A stretch of DNA of 64,000 bases from the NCBI RefSeq assembly GCF_006345805.1, contig NC_042999.1, positions 115,940,001 to 116,004,000 of the forward strand. The letters run 5' to 3'. The number at the start of each line of letters is the position of its first letter. The stretch's first letter is position 1. The notes below the pieces were generated by a model. The model did not search any database. It saw only the letters and a program-made list of their open reading frames with translations, and was not told the origin of the DNA. Shown one piece after another: positions 42,408-54,511 of this stretch. The DNA is from Octopus sinensis. Lineage: Eukaryota. The translations under genes and the position numbers were made by a program.

Positions 42408-42479
42408 GGAGTAAACACATAAATGTGAAACAAGGTGGAAAAAAGAGTACTCAAATACCAGTGGTAGAGTAATATGCTA

Positions 42480-42701
42480 TATTTAAAGCAGCAGAAAATT
42501 CAACAAAACCTGTTACTCTGAGTTTCCCGTTGCCGTTCATCGGACAGTTTTTGCTAGAATGGAATCGATATGTCAATTCTATCCAGACTATAGTCTGGAT
42601 AGAATTGACATATCGATTCCATTCTAGCAAAAACTGTCCGATGAACGGCAACGGGAAACTCAGAGTAACAGGTTTTGTTGAATTTTCTGCTGCTTTAAAT
42701 A
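42480..42701. repeat. Fold-back B: perfect 222-bp palindrome, no spacer (PLE-like end)
   Basis: Centre CCAGACTA|TAGTCTGG at 42590/42591; identical ORFs on both strands in the ORF track. Confidence 0.95.
42630..42676 (+). ncRNA. Minimal type I hammerhead (U4C core variant); mirror copy 42505-42551 on minus
   Basis: AAAACTGT-CCGATGA-ACGGCAACGG-GAAAC-TCAGA-GTA-ACAGGTTTT. Confidence 0.65.
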
Positions 42702-42724
42702 ATGTACATATATATATATATGTA

Positions 42725-43215
42725 TCTCTTATTATAAAAGGCAGATTTTATCTGCCTCCCTTTGGGAATTATAGAAATCTACAATATAGGATTTCTTCAA
42801 TTACAATTTACCTAGCATTTTAAGAGTACAATGCATCGCGTCATGCCAGGTCCAGTTTTCAAAATTTAAACTCCAATTAAGCAAAATTTACAGAAAACTC
42901 ACATTCTGGTGTGTGTGTCAAATGCTTTTCTTAGTCTGGTTTACACCACACGCAAACGCACACACACAGTGGACAACGAATAAAATGAAACTAATTCACT
43001 TACTGTAGTGAGTGATTCTTTCACTCTGCCTCCCACTTCCTCTTTCCACACATAGACACGCAAATATATAAATAAAATTGTAAGCTAACGCGCGTGTGTG
43101 TCAGTGTGTGTGTGTGTGTGTGTGCGCGTGTGTGTGTGTGTGTGTGAGGGTGCGTGTGTGTGTGTGTGTGTGTGCGTGTGCGTGAGTGTGTGACAGGAAA
43201 GTTTTTTACGATGAA
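42725..43215 (+). mobile_element. Probable Helitron 5' portion with internal (GT)n, 3' truncated
   Basis: A|TCTCTTATTATAAAAG start similar to the other Helitrons; no 3' CTAG end found. Confidence 0.4.
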
Positions 43216-43243
43216 TATAAGACCTATATCCAAGTAGCAGAAA

Positions 43244-43510
43244 GATAAGACAGTAAGGTGTGATTTGAGGGAGATTTGGCTGCTATTTCTACCATGTCTA
43301 ACTGCCATGTAGGGGTCTCCCTCATAGGCTCATACATACATATATACATAGATAAGACAGTAAGGTGTGATTTGGGGGAAATTTGGCTGCTATTTCTACC
43401 AGGTCTAGCTACCATGTAGAGGTCCTCCTCATTGGCTCATATATATATACATACATAAGACAGTAAGGTGTGATTTGAGGGAGATTTGGCTGCTGTTTCT
43501 ACCAGGTCTG
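43244..43510 (+). repeat. Minisatellite, ~105-bp unit x2.5
   Basis: ATAAGACAGTAAGGTGTGATTTG(A/G)GGGA(G/A)ATTTGGCTGCT(A/G)TTTCTACC occurs three times. Confidence 0.85.
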
Positions 43511-43829
43511 TTAGGCCTTCTCATGTAAACTCAAGCTTTCTCATGCCTTGAACATAAGACCAAAGCAGACAATGTATTCTTTTATTCTTATGCTTTTTCC
43601 AGCCATTGGTCTGTGGCCATGCTGGGGCAATGCCTTGAAGAATTGTAGTTTAATGAATCAACTCCAGTTTTATTTTTGTAAGCATTGTACTTATTCTATC
43701 TGTTTCCTTTGTCAAACCACAAGGTGACAGGGATGTAAACAAACCAACATTCGTTGTCAAGCAGTGGTGGAGGACAATCACAAGCACAGACACGCACACA
43801 CACACACATACATGCATACACATATACAC

Positions 43830-43860
<31 letters not shown>

Positions 43861-43880
43861 TATATATGTGTATATATATA

Positions 43881-44139
43881 TTGCAGCGTGGAAGGTGTTT
43901 GTAAGCCATTTAAGAAACACACAAAAACCGTTACATTCACTTCAACATTTAAATTTAATGTGCCAAAATATTTTCGTCGCTTTGAGACCGCGACCTGTTC
44001 CCTGACAAAAATATCGTGCTAACAGGTCGCGGTCTCAAAGCGACGAAAATATTTTGACAAATTAAATTTAAATGTTGAAGTGAATCTAACGGTTTTTGTG
44101 TGTTTCTTAAATGGCTTATAAACACCTTCAACGCTGCAA
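43881..44139. repeat. Fold-back C: 119-bp inverted arms, 21-bp spacer, hammerhead-like variant motif
   Basis: 43881-43999 vs 44021-44139 with ~5 mismatches; minus strand TTTGTCA-GGGAACA-GGTCGC..GCGAC-GAAA-ATAT-TT. Confidence 0.9.
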
Positions 44140-44307
44140 CTGTTTTCGTTCCAGCACACGATCTCAGATCAAGTCACGTGCTATGCAAGTACATCTCTGT
44201 AACTATATATATATATTTATATATATATATATATATATGTATATTGGTAAAAACAGTAAGATAACAAAAGAAAGAAAGAGACCTCAATATTATGTAAATA
44301 GAGGAAA

Positions 44308-44700
44308 TCTTTATATATAAAAGTGAGGTTGTGTGTCTGTCTCCTACGATTTAGATTCCTAACTACTCCCACATTTTGCGGTGCAGTTTAACCAAAACCG
44401 GGTATCTTATAGTCGTGATTCATATCGAGACCGTCTGGGTATTAGCGCGCGTCTACGATGAGTCTACGATTTTAAAAAAATTTACCATCAATTTTTCCCA
44501 TTTTTAATTCACTTTTGACATATATAAGGGAAGTAACTCTCTAAAATTTATTATTAAATCTCAGAACGTAAAAAGCTACAGTAACACCCCTCCCCCTTTG
44601 TGGTTAGCCATATTGAGATGGCTATTATACTTTACATCTCTAAAAATGGTTATATAATTATTTCCCTTACAAACCCGAGCAACGCCGGGCGATACTGCTA

Positions 44701-44701
<1 letters not shown>
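44308..44701 (+). mobile_element. Non-autonomous Helitron
   Basis: A|TCTTTATATATAAAAG...ACAAACCCGAGCAACGCCGGGCGATACTGCTAG|T. Confidence 0.85.
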
Positions 44702-44785
<84 letters not shown>

Positions 44786-45369
44786 AGAGGCGTCTTTCAG
44801 TTTCCATCAATCAAATCCGAAAACAAGGCTTTAGTCGGCCTGAGGCTATAATAGTAGGCACCTGCCCAAGGTGCCACGTAGTGGGACTGAAACCAGAACC
44901 ATGTGATTGGGAAGCAAACTTCGTACCACGCAACCACACCTGCGTCAAATGATTCGGTATTCCTTATATGCATGCATGCATGCATGCATGCATGTATGTA
45001 TGTATGTATGTATGTATGTATGTATGTATGTATGTATGTATGTATGTATGCGTGTGTGTATGTATTCATGTATGCGTATATGTGTGTATGCTTGCATGTA
45101 TGTATGCATGTTTGTATGTGTGTATGCATGTATGTATGCGGTGTGTATATATATGTATGCGTGTGTATGTGTGTGTTTGTTTGTGCATGTATATATGTGT
45201 GCGTGTGTGTGTATGAATGAATGTGTATATGTATGCATGCATGCAAGCATGTATTTATGTAAGTATGTATGTATGTATGTATGTATGTATATGTGTGTGT
45301 ATGTATGTATGTATAAACATGAACAAGTATTCTTTCACTCTGTAATAATCCCTTCTGCTGTACGTTCAA

Positions 45370-45712
45370 GGCCTGAAATTTTGTGGAGAAAGGGCTTGTC
45401 GATTACATCGATCCCAGTGCTCAACTGGTACATCTTTTATCGACCCCGAAAGAATGGAAGTCATAGCCAACCTCGGAGTATGAGATTTTTCATATTGCTT
45501 TCAAATTTTGGCACAAAGTCAGCAGTTTCGGGAAGGGGTTAAGTCAATTACATGTACCCCCAGGACTCAACTGGTACTTAATTTATCGACCCCGAAAGGA
45601 TGAAAGGCAAAGTCGACCTCGGAGGAATTTGAATTCAGGACGTGAAGACGGACAAAATGCCGCTAAGAATTTTTGCCTGGCGTGGTGACGATTCTGTCAG
45701 CTCGCCGCTTTA
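45370..45712 (-). mobile_element. Two SINE family B copies
   Basis: Reverse complement of 36090-36300. Confidence 0.75.
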
Positions 45713-45869
45713 AAAAGGAAATATAAACGAGACGGGAATTGAACTCAGAGCTACAATAAAAACCTGGACGCTCAAGCAACTCTGCCAATTCAACACCTCA
45801 TTAGTTCTTTCATATTACAGTTCACTACGATCTCCTAAACAAAATTTATCTACCCATATAATTATATAC

Positions 45870-46200
45870 ATATTGTGTTCCCAAAAGATGTGTGCATACT
45901 TTAACAACAGATAACTCAATATTCAGGTCTTTTATGATTTAAACGATTAGAAATAATAATGAAGGGAGACAGACTAAACATTGAACAAAGAAAATATTTT
46001 TTTCTAAAGTTTGAAAACGCAGCCGAGGTGCAAAAACAGTTTAGGAGATAGTTTCAAACAGATCCACCTATGCGACTTTCCAACACACGAGTTACAGATA
46101 AGGTTGAAATAGATGGAACTGTTGAGAATCTCTATAAGACACGTTTCAGAAAACTGCGAGTAATGATATTAGCGTATTGCTTGAGTTCAAGAAAATATGT
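45870..46200 (+). mobile_element. 5' relic of a Tc1/mariner (rosa-like HTH) transposon
   Basis: RLNIEQRK..KFENAAEVQKQFRR*FQTDPP..DKVEIDGTVENL. Confidence 0.5.
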
Positions 46201-46268
46201 GTTGCAAGAAAGTCGTGAGATCGAAATGTCATACACACATTTGTCTATACAAATATTTGTGTGTGTGT

Positions 46269-46345
<77 letters not shown>

Positions 46346-49300
46346 CATGTGTGCGTGTGTATGTGTTAAGGTGCACGCGTGACAATTAATAAATTGAATT
46401 CTGCAGTTATTCTTTATCGGGGCTTCTCAAAAATAAATATCGTGTATAAGATAATTTATATAATTAAAAGATGACATTCATAAATATTAATTACATAAAA
46501 AAACCCCATTTTTTTGGTTTCCTTTTCTTTTCTTTTCTTTTCGTCTTTTCCTTTTCTTTTTCTTTCTGTTTTTGTTTTTCTTTTTACAACTCGCGTGTAT
46601 TTGTCGATTTATCTAAATGTAACATTGCTTCTCTCTGTTTGAATGATTAAAGCAAAATCGAACTTCAGACTGGTGATCGACGTGTATGAAATATTATGCT
46701 TAAGATATTATTTGCTATGTGGTGAAGGTCGTAGAGTAGATATGAATTCTCCTTGTGGACGGAATTCAGAAAGTTGCTTTGATTCACGACTATCGATATT
46801 TGACGTCACTGATATTGCATGAATGTCACTCAGGAAGACAATTATTATATCATATATTTCACTTCTAAACCGTTTGCTTCGTGTTTTAGTTTACAACACA
46901 TACATACGTTTATCAATTCATTTTGAAAGATTCCTGATGTGAAATCGAGTGTTGAAACAGATATTGTTATATTTCGGGACGGTCATTTTTTGCCAAATAA
47001 ACACGCACTATAAATATATTTTTTCACAGGTTTATTACTGTTCTTAAAAAATATATGGTGCGTGTGTTTATTTGGCAAAAAAACGATAATCCCGAAATAC
47101 AACAATACATACAAATATATCTACATCCATGATACACGCGAGAGAACCCCCTCCACGTTAACGCAATTAATTAAAAACCGTGTTATGGAATGAGAAACTC
47201 AAAGCCAGAAAATTTTCTTTCTGGAATATGATTAAAAACAACTACAAGGCAGAAATTTATGAATGCTGGTTAAATTCAACTCCAATAATCTTACTTCATA
47301 AATTTCAAATTAAACTAATACCAAACGAACAGGACCAACAAAGACAATTAAGGGAGAAACTAGATTTGGAAAAAATGAAGACGGAAATCGAACTCCTTAA
47401 ACTTAGAGCGTTAAGTAATGAACAAAAATTTAAAAACATAGATGAGAAAATATATACCGAATTAAGGAAACATCCAGATGGTCAACGCTTGAAGAAAGTT
47501 TTCAAACTGTGGAAAACATGTGAAACTGAAGAAACCAATTCCCTACAACGCTGGGTAAGGCAAGTTAATTTTTTCCATAACTACGAAACACAGTTCAACA
47601 TAGAAAACATATCGGATAACCCTCTCTTGAAGGAAAAGAAACCAAAAACCTACACAGAAATGCCCTCGCATTTATCAAACTCAAACCACAGACAATCTAG
47701 GGGACACATCTCCACCGACTTAACCTCACCTCAACCCAAAAATAAATTTCAAACAACAAATAGGAATTCTGCTCGTAATAGAAAATCAGGACGTAATTTT
47801 CAAGGGCCCCTACATACAAATCAAAAGATCCATCCAAGCCCCCAGACTAACTTAAACTTTCGGGAATATATCCCCCATCATCTTACAGACAATGGAAAAA
47901 TTTGCCTCAGAGACTTAACCCTCAACATGGATACTTCAAGCATTCAACTAGACACAACCTAACTAGACAATATAACTTCTCCCTCCACCAACATTACAAA
48001 ATAAAAAATAAATTTAACCCAAACTACATCAACCATAGACAATATAACAACCCTCAGTACTTCCATAATCTAGTCCACTACACATTCACTCCACCACAAA
48101 CATACTACCACAGACACACTTTACACCCATTTTCTCCTCACCAAACCAAACACAATACAGACTTCCCACAACAATCCACCTACTACAACCATTTTTTAGA
48201 CCTAAATCAAAGAAACAGAGATGTGAAATGGAACAAAATGTACAAGAACAACCGAAAATAATCAACTTATCAAAGAAAATCCTAAGTACTACACAAACTA
48301 AAATTTTAGCGAATGGCTTAAAGTTTACACCAACCCCTTGCAGATTGAACTCGAATGAAATCAAGAATAACACTATGGATTTTTACTGAAAATTGCACCT
48401 CACAGAAGCACTGCACAACTACACCAGCTTAGATGACTCAATAGTAAAAAACAAAAGTGAATACTGTTCTACAAAAAGGCAGAAATAAAGCACTTAATGG
48501 TTTTTGTGAGCACATTACCAATTTTCCTTTCAATACCCTACAAAAACAACGAATCAAATCCAGCCTGAACACAAATGAAAGGAAAAACCTAATCGAATTA
48601 AAAAATAATGTAAACCTGACCATAAAAGAAGCTGATAAAACAAGTGCGGTAGTAGTGATATAAAAATTTAATACTCTCCATGTTGGAAGACAATATTTAC
48701 TATGAGAAGATAGTACAATAAAACCCACAGAAGACACTTAAAAACTTATCCCCCTTACTTCAAATACATGGAAAGGGCCTCACAGAAAAAAAGAAATTGA
48801 CTATTTATCCAATTTCAAATACAGACCAAATCTATTCTACGGATTACCTAAAATACACAAAAATCCACATATTTGTAAAGCTTGCACAGATTCTCCAAGC
48901 CTATGCATTAATGTTCCTCCTCCTACTGACCTCAAACTAAGACCCATCATTGCTGGCCCTGATTGTGAAACTCACCGTGTGAGCAATTTCCTCGACATCT
49001 TACTCAAACTATTTCTAAAATATGTGAAAAGCTTCATCAAGCTTCATGCTCAACTACCTCCCGAAGACAATAAATTGAAGGAACCCTGTTAGTATCATTT
49101 GATGTGGTGAACTTGTACACCAATATCCCACACGATTATGGTATAGAAGCAATCACCTTCTAACTAGAAAAATACCCAGAAGAGATCCCAGGACGCATCA
49201 ACTACAAATTCATAATTGCAACACTGAAACTCATCCTACTGAACAACTATTTCATGTTCAATACAGTTTACTATCAAAATATTGTAGAATTTCAATGGGA

Positions 49301-50437
49301 ACTCGAGCTGCCCCAGTTATAACAAACTTTGTAATGGGATACCTAGAACTTAAAATATACCAACCATCACTACAAAAATAAGGCACTTCATTTCATTGCT
49401 ATTTAAAGGAGAACTGGAAGAGGTATTTAGATGATTGCTTTATACTTTGGAAAGATAGCATGGACGAACTCCTCGATTTCAAAATAATGCTCAACAATAT
49501 AAATAGCAACATACAATTGAACATAGCAATAAACAACTTCCTTTTCTTGACATCCTAATTAAAATAGTTAATAACTACATCGAAATAGACATCTATAAAC
49601 CCACAGATTCAAAACAATACCTATTATTCAAATCATGCCACCCCAAGCACATAAAAATTTATATACTTTATAATCTAGTGAAAAGAATCTATACCATAGT
49701 TTCGGACACCAATACTTGTGAAAGAAGACTCCTTGAACTCAGATCAACACTAATCAAGAGACATTACCCGACATCCTTAATAAATGATGGGATTAAACGA
49801 GCAAAGTAAATAGACATGCGAACATTAAGGGAAGTCAACTGAAATACTACACCAGACTTAAAAATACTCCCATACATCTCCACACACAACCCTAGAAACA
49901 GTGAGGCCTTCAACATTACCATCCAAAAATCTACCCATTCTCACAGGAGATAAAACAATGAACAAAATTTTAGGCTCACACAAAATTATCAAGGGTAAAA
50001 TGCAACCGGAATAATTGAAAAAAATTTAACCAACGCAAGACTATATCCATTAACAACGGAACCAAAAGTGAAAAAATGTTGTCAGCCTAAGTGTGGCACA
50101 TTCCCCCACCTTTTGGAGGGTACAGAGTTCCACTTTAAACAAGGTGAAATATTTAAGATAAAATCAAATTTTACTTGTGCCTCGGAAAACCTAATCTATG
50201 CCATAGAAGAACAACTCTTCACAATGAATAAATCCGCTACCCACAATGCAGGCAGATACAGGTCAGTGAACACATAGAAAGGTGTGCAAGGAACCTTAAT
50301 CCTAACGTCCTAATTTTCCCTTTCTAATGTTCACAGAACACTTCAGTACAGCAAAAAATAAATAAAGAGGCAACTTTAATCTATAAATATCATCCACAAC
50401 TCAACATGAACACATAACATAATTCAGAACACTACTC

Positions 50438-50772
50438 GGAGACCCCCTTCGGTCACGACACAGACCATAGGATTGCACCTAGAAAGTTACCCTAGACACA
50501 AGTCCGGGCGAGGTTGTTTATGGAAGACCAGCAGTCGCCCATGCATACCAGCCTCCCCTCTCCACGCCACCTGTGTTATCCAAGGGAAAGACAAAGGTCA
50601 ATACAGCTTCGCACCAGTGACGTCGCAACTCATTTCTACAGCTGAGTGAACTGGAGCAACGTGAAATAAAGTGCCTTGCTCAAGAACACAACACGCAGCC
50701 CGGTCCGGGATTCGAGCTCACAACCTCACGATCGTAAGTTCGACGCTCTAACCACTGAGCCATGCACCTTCA
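50438..50772 (-). mobile_element. tRNA-derived SINE (third family) inserted in the PLE 3' region
   Basis: Minus strand TGGCTCAGTGG A-box and GCTCGAATCCC B-box-like motif, TGTTCTTGAGCAAGGCACTT. Confidence 0.75.
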
Positions 50773-50944
50773 CACTACTAACTTTACCAATAATACCACT
50801 AATTCCCATACATCCTATACACCATTCATATTACAGTATTATATCTACCATAATTGCACCACTTCCAGAACTGCTTACCTCCCTTGTATATAATATTTTT
50901 ACTCAGGGAGTAGTAGATCCGATACCGTTTGGAAATCGATGCTC

Positions 50945-50992
50945 ATTCAAAGCCAGTGAGCAGGTTTTGACGATACCGGTATGACTTTGAAT
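50945..50992 (+). ncRNA. Hammerhead-like variant (G3-C8 core, GAUA instead of GAAA) at PLE 3' end
   Basis: ATTCAAAGCCA-GTGAGCA-GGTTTTGAC-GATAC-CG-GTA-TGACTTTGAAT. Confidence 0.55.
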
Positions 50993-51177
50993 CACTTTAA
51001 CAATTCAAAATAATGACTTTTATTCCTCCTCAGTTCCTCTAATTGTATATATTTATCATTACTTTTCATAAAAAATCCTTTATTTTTTATATCTAATGTG
51101 CATTTTCGCTTTTTTCTTCTTACTTTCCCCATTTCTTTTATATGTGTGTGTGTGCGCGCACGTATACATGTATATAT

Positions 51178-51247
<70 letters not shown>

Positions 51248-51740
51248 TACACATATTCATATAAATGCATGACAATGGCAAGAGTTTTTCTTCTGTTTCA
51301 TAAGGACTAACGGCTCAGGAGCCGCCGCGATGATCTGTGATGACCTTTGCTCATGTCCAAAGTACCAAACCGCATCTCCTTCCCAGACAACCTGTTCTAT
51401 GCCTGGAACAGCCTGCTAGAGACGGCACTGTACTATTCTGGGTGTAAACCAGTAATGTAAACCAACCCTAATATTCTCAATTTAGTCTGCGATCACTTTG
51501 CCATCTGATGTCTGGCACATCGTGCACCTATGCAGGCGGTGTCGATTTCATGGAGGAAGTGAGCTCATCTGCTGGTATAAATGCATGTGTGTACATACAT
51601 GAATGCATAAATATATACATATTTATCTATATGTATGTGTCTATATATTTGTGTATTTTTAATAGACACACACATACACACATATATATATATATCTTTG
51701 TGTGTATGAATACTTGTATGTATATATGTATGTATATATG

Positions 51741-51802
<62 letters not shown>

Positions 51803-52731
51803 ATATACACATACATAAATGCATATACAAACACACATACAGGTATATATAATATATATATGCATACATAAATATATGTATTATGTGATATAATATACGC
51901 ACATATATATACATAAATACACAGACACATGTATGTAGATATATACATCTGCATATACAAACGTGTCATACATAACACGTATGAATATATGTACGTGTGT
52001 GTATGTTTGTGTGTGTATGTGTGTATATGTGTGTGTACGCGCGCGCATGCGTTTGAACAAACTATATTTATTTATTTAAACAAATGCTTGCATGTTCCAG
52101 TCTGTTTCATTCCAAACGAAACTTTTTGAAGCATTGAAACGAAAACAAGGAATTGTCATTAAATATTGGACATCGTGGAGGTTGGCTGGGGAGAAGAGAA
52201 ACGAACCAATAATCGGTGAGATACATAGGAATCTTTCACATTCCATTTAGTGTGAAAAATAACGGTATTTAATTATATTAATGTGTGGAAGATGGTTCTG
52301 AATAATAAGCAGTAGTTAGAATTAACAGATTGACGAATTAAAATGAAAATGATTGAATTTGGCAAGAAGCGATTAAGAAGAAGGGAATACACATGCTAAT
52401 AGCTCGAGGAAACTTACGTCTTGGATAAATTAAATTTAAAACTAAATTTAGTGTAGTTAAAAATATTTAGTTGCTTATGAAAAGTATGACAAAGGGGAAT
52501 CTATATAAAATAGCTATATTTACACACACACACACACACACATAGCGAGAGATAGATATATACGACGGGTTTCTACACAGTTTCCATCTAAAAGATTTAC
52601 TGACAAGTTATTGATTGGTTCAAGGCTATAGTAGAAGACACTTGCCCAAGGTGCTGTGTAGTGGGTGTGAACCTAAACCTATGGGGTCACAAAGCGAGTT
52701 TCTTAACCATACATATATGTGTATTTTTAAA

Positions 52732-53995
52732 GCATGCGGTGAATAAATTGTCGTCTAAATTGCGCAAAAATAAAATAACATATCTCATTTTAACAAATAT
52801 ATTTACCAAAATTACATGAAAATATCTAGAAATACTAAAAAGTAAACCTATTCAATAAAATCGCCATTGACTTCAACCACAGCCTCCAGACAACTTCAGA
52901 TTCTCCTGCAACTCTTCTGAACGGTCTCCTTATTTAAGCTGGTGAATGCTGCCATAATCCTTGCCTTCAGTTCATCTTTGGTGTTACAAGGAATTTTGTT
53001 GGTTCCTCGCTCAACTGGACCCACACATAACAATCAAGGGGCTGCAGTCTGGGGAGTTAGGTGGCTAGATGTAAGGGTGATGTGGTCGCAGAAATTGTCT
53101 GACAGCTATGACTGGGTAGTCCTGCTTGTGAGGCATGGTACAGAGTCCTGTTGCCAGACATAGGGCCTTCCAGCAGCCACACTCTTGGTCCAGAGCAGCA
53201 CTAACTCCTCCAGGCACTTGATGTAGGCCTCCGTGTTGAATCTGAGGCCGTTTGGGAAGATGAATGGAGGCATAACGTCGCCATCACTAGTGATCACTTT
53301 AAACAACATGATGTTGACTGGAAGTTTGATTTTTATCATTCTCAGTACATGTCTTGGAGACACGGCAAGCCAATGGTTGTTCTGTGTGTTCACCATCTGA
53401 TCCTGGCTGAATTTTTTCTCATCTGAGAAAAACCAAAGCATGTTCGGTTAGAGAAGATGCTTGAGTTTGTTCAAAAGCTTTGTAGCACGGTCTTTCCTCT
53501 TGTCCTTGATGGCTTGAGATAAAAGTTGGCCCTTTCTCATCTTGTATGAGAAATACCGAATGTCTTCATGTACTACCTGCCTGATAAGAAATTCAGACAC
53601 TCTCATGTCTCTAGCGATGGACCTAATTGACTTAGGGGGATCGTTGTCAATCATGGCCTGGATCTCACCAACAAATTCAGGAGTCCTTTTCTTATTAAAA
53701 CGATCAAAGTAAGTTTTCCGAGCTGCCGTACCTTGGAAACCACAATTAGACTCATCCAACTCTTTCCGAATCTTCTGCACTGTCCTCAGATTGACAGCCA
53801 AACACTGTGAAATGTTCGTATTGTAGCTTCCGGTACGAATGCCAAACAGTACAGCATGTCGTTTCCAAATTTCTGGCAGAGTAAATTACATCAAGGTACT
53901 GTTTATTTTTCTCAACTGATCCTACAATACTATGTAGTCGACAAAATCAAAAACAAACAATGCGCATGCACGGAATTAAAAATTTAACCATCGCA

Positions 53996-53998
<3 letters not shown>
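52732..53998 (-). mobile_element. maT/DD37D Tc1-mariner transposon, full length but degraded
   Basis: FFSDEK, WQQDS, PNSPDCSPLDY with D-37-D spacing after correcting one frameshift; degenerate TIRs. Confidence 0.85.
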
Positions 53999-54051
<53 letters not shown>

Positions 54052-54059
54052 TTTTCTTT

Positions 54060-54450
54060 TTCTTTTCTTTTATTTGTTTCAGTCATTTGACTGCGGCTAT
54101 GTTGGAGCACCGCCTTTAGTCGAGCAAATCGACCCCAGGACTTATTCTTTGTAAGCTTATACTTATTCTATCGGTCTATTGTGCCAAACCGCTAAGTTAC
54201 GGGGACGTAAATACACCACCATCGGTTGTCAAGCGATGGTGAAGGGACAAACACATACACGCAACCACACACACACACGCAAACATATATTTACACGACG
54301 GGTTTCTTTCACTTTTCGTCTACCAAATCCACTCACAAGGCTTTGGTCGGCCCGAGACTTGCCCAAGATCCCAAGATTCCACACAGTGGGAGTAAACCCA
54401 GAACCATGTGGTTGGGAAGCAAGCTACTTACCATACAGCCACTCCTGTGC
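54060..54450 (-). mobile_element. SINE family A full-length copy
   Basis: Reverse complement of 8455-8865. Confidence 0.8.
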
Positions 54451-54511
54451 ATATATATATAAATATATATATATATAATACATACAAAGAGAGAGAGAGT
54501 GGGAGAGAGTG

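Larger units (their letters stand above)
46930..50992 (+). mobile_element. Near full-length degraded Penelope-like element (N-terminal domain, RT, GIY-YIG)
   Basis: ORF 47180-47962; RT motifs FYGLPKIHK, LRPIIAG, SFDVVNLYTNIPH, MGTRAAP, RYLDDCF, PFLDI, KPTDSKQYL; GIY-YIG region FTCASENLIYAI; inverted ~55-bp pseudo-LTR pieces at ~46961-47014 and ~47051-47107. Confidence 0.9.

Noticed and set aside
43244-43510. CRISPR-like repeat array
   Set aside because: The intervening sequences are repeated too (minisatellite); eukaryotic context, no cas genes
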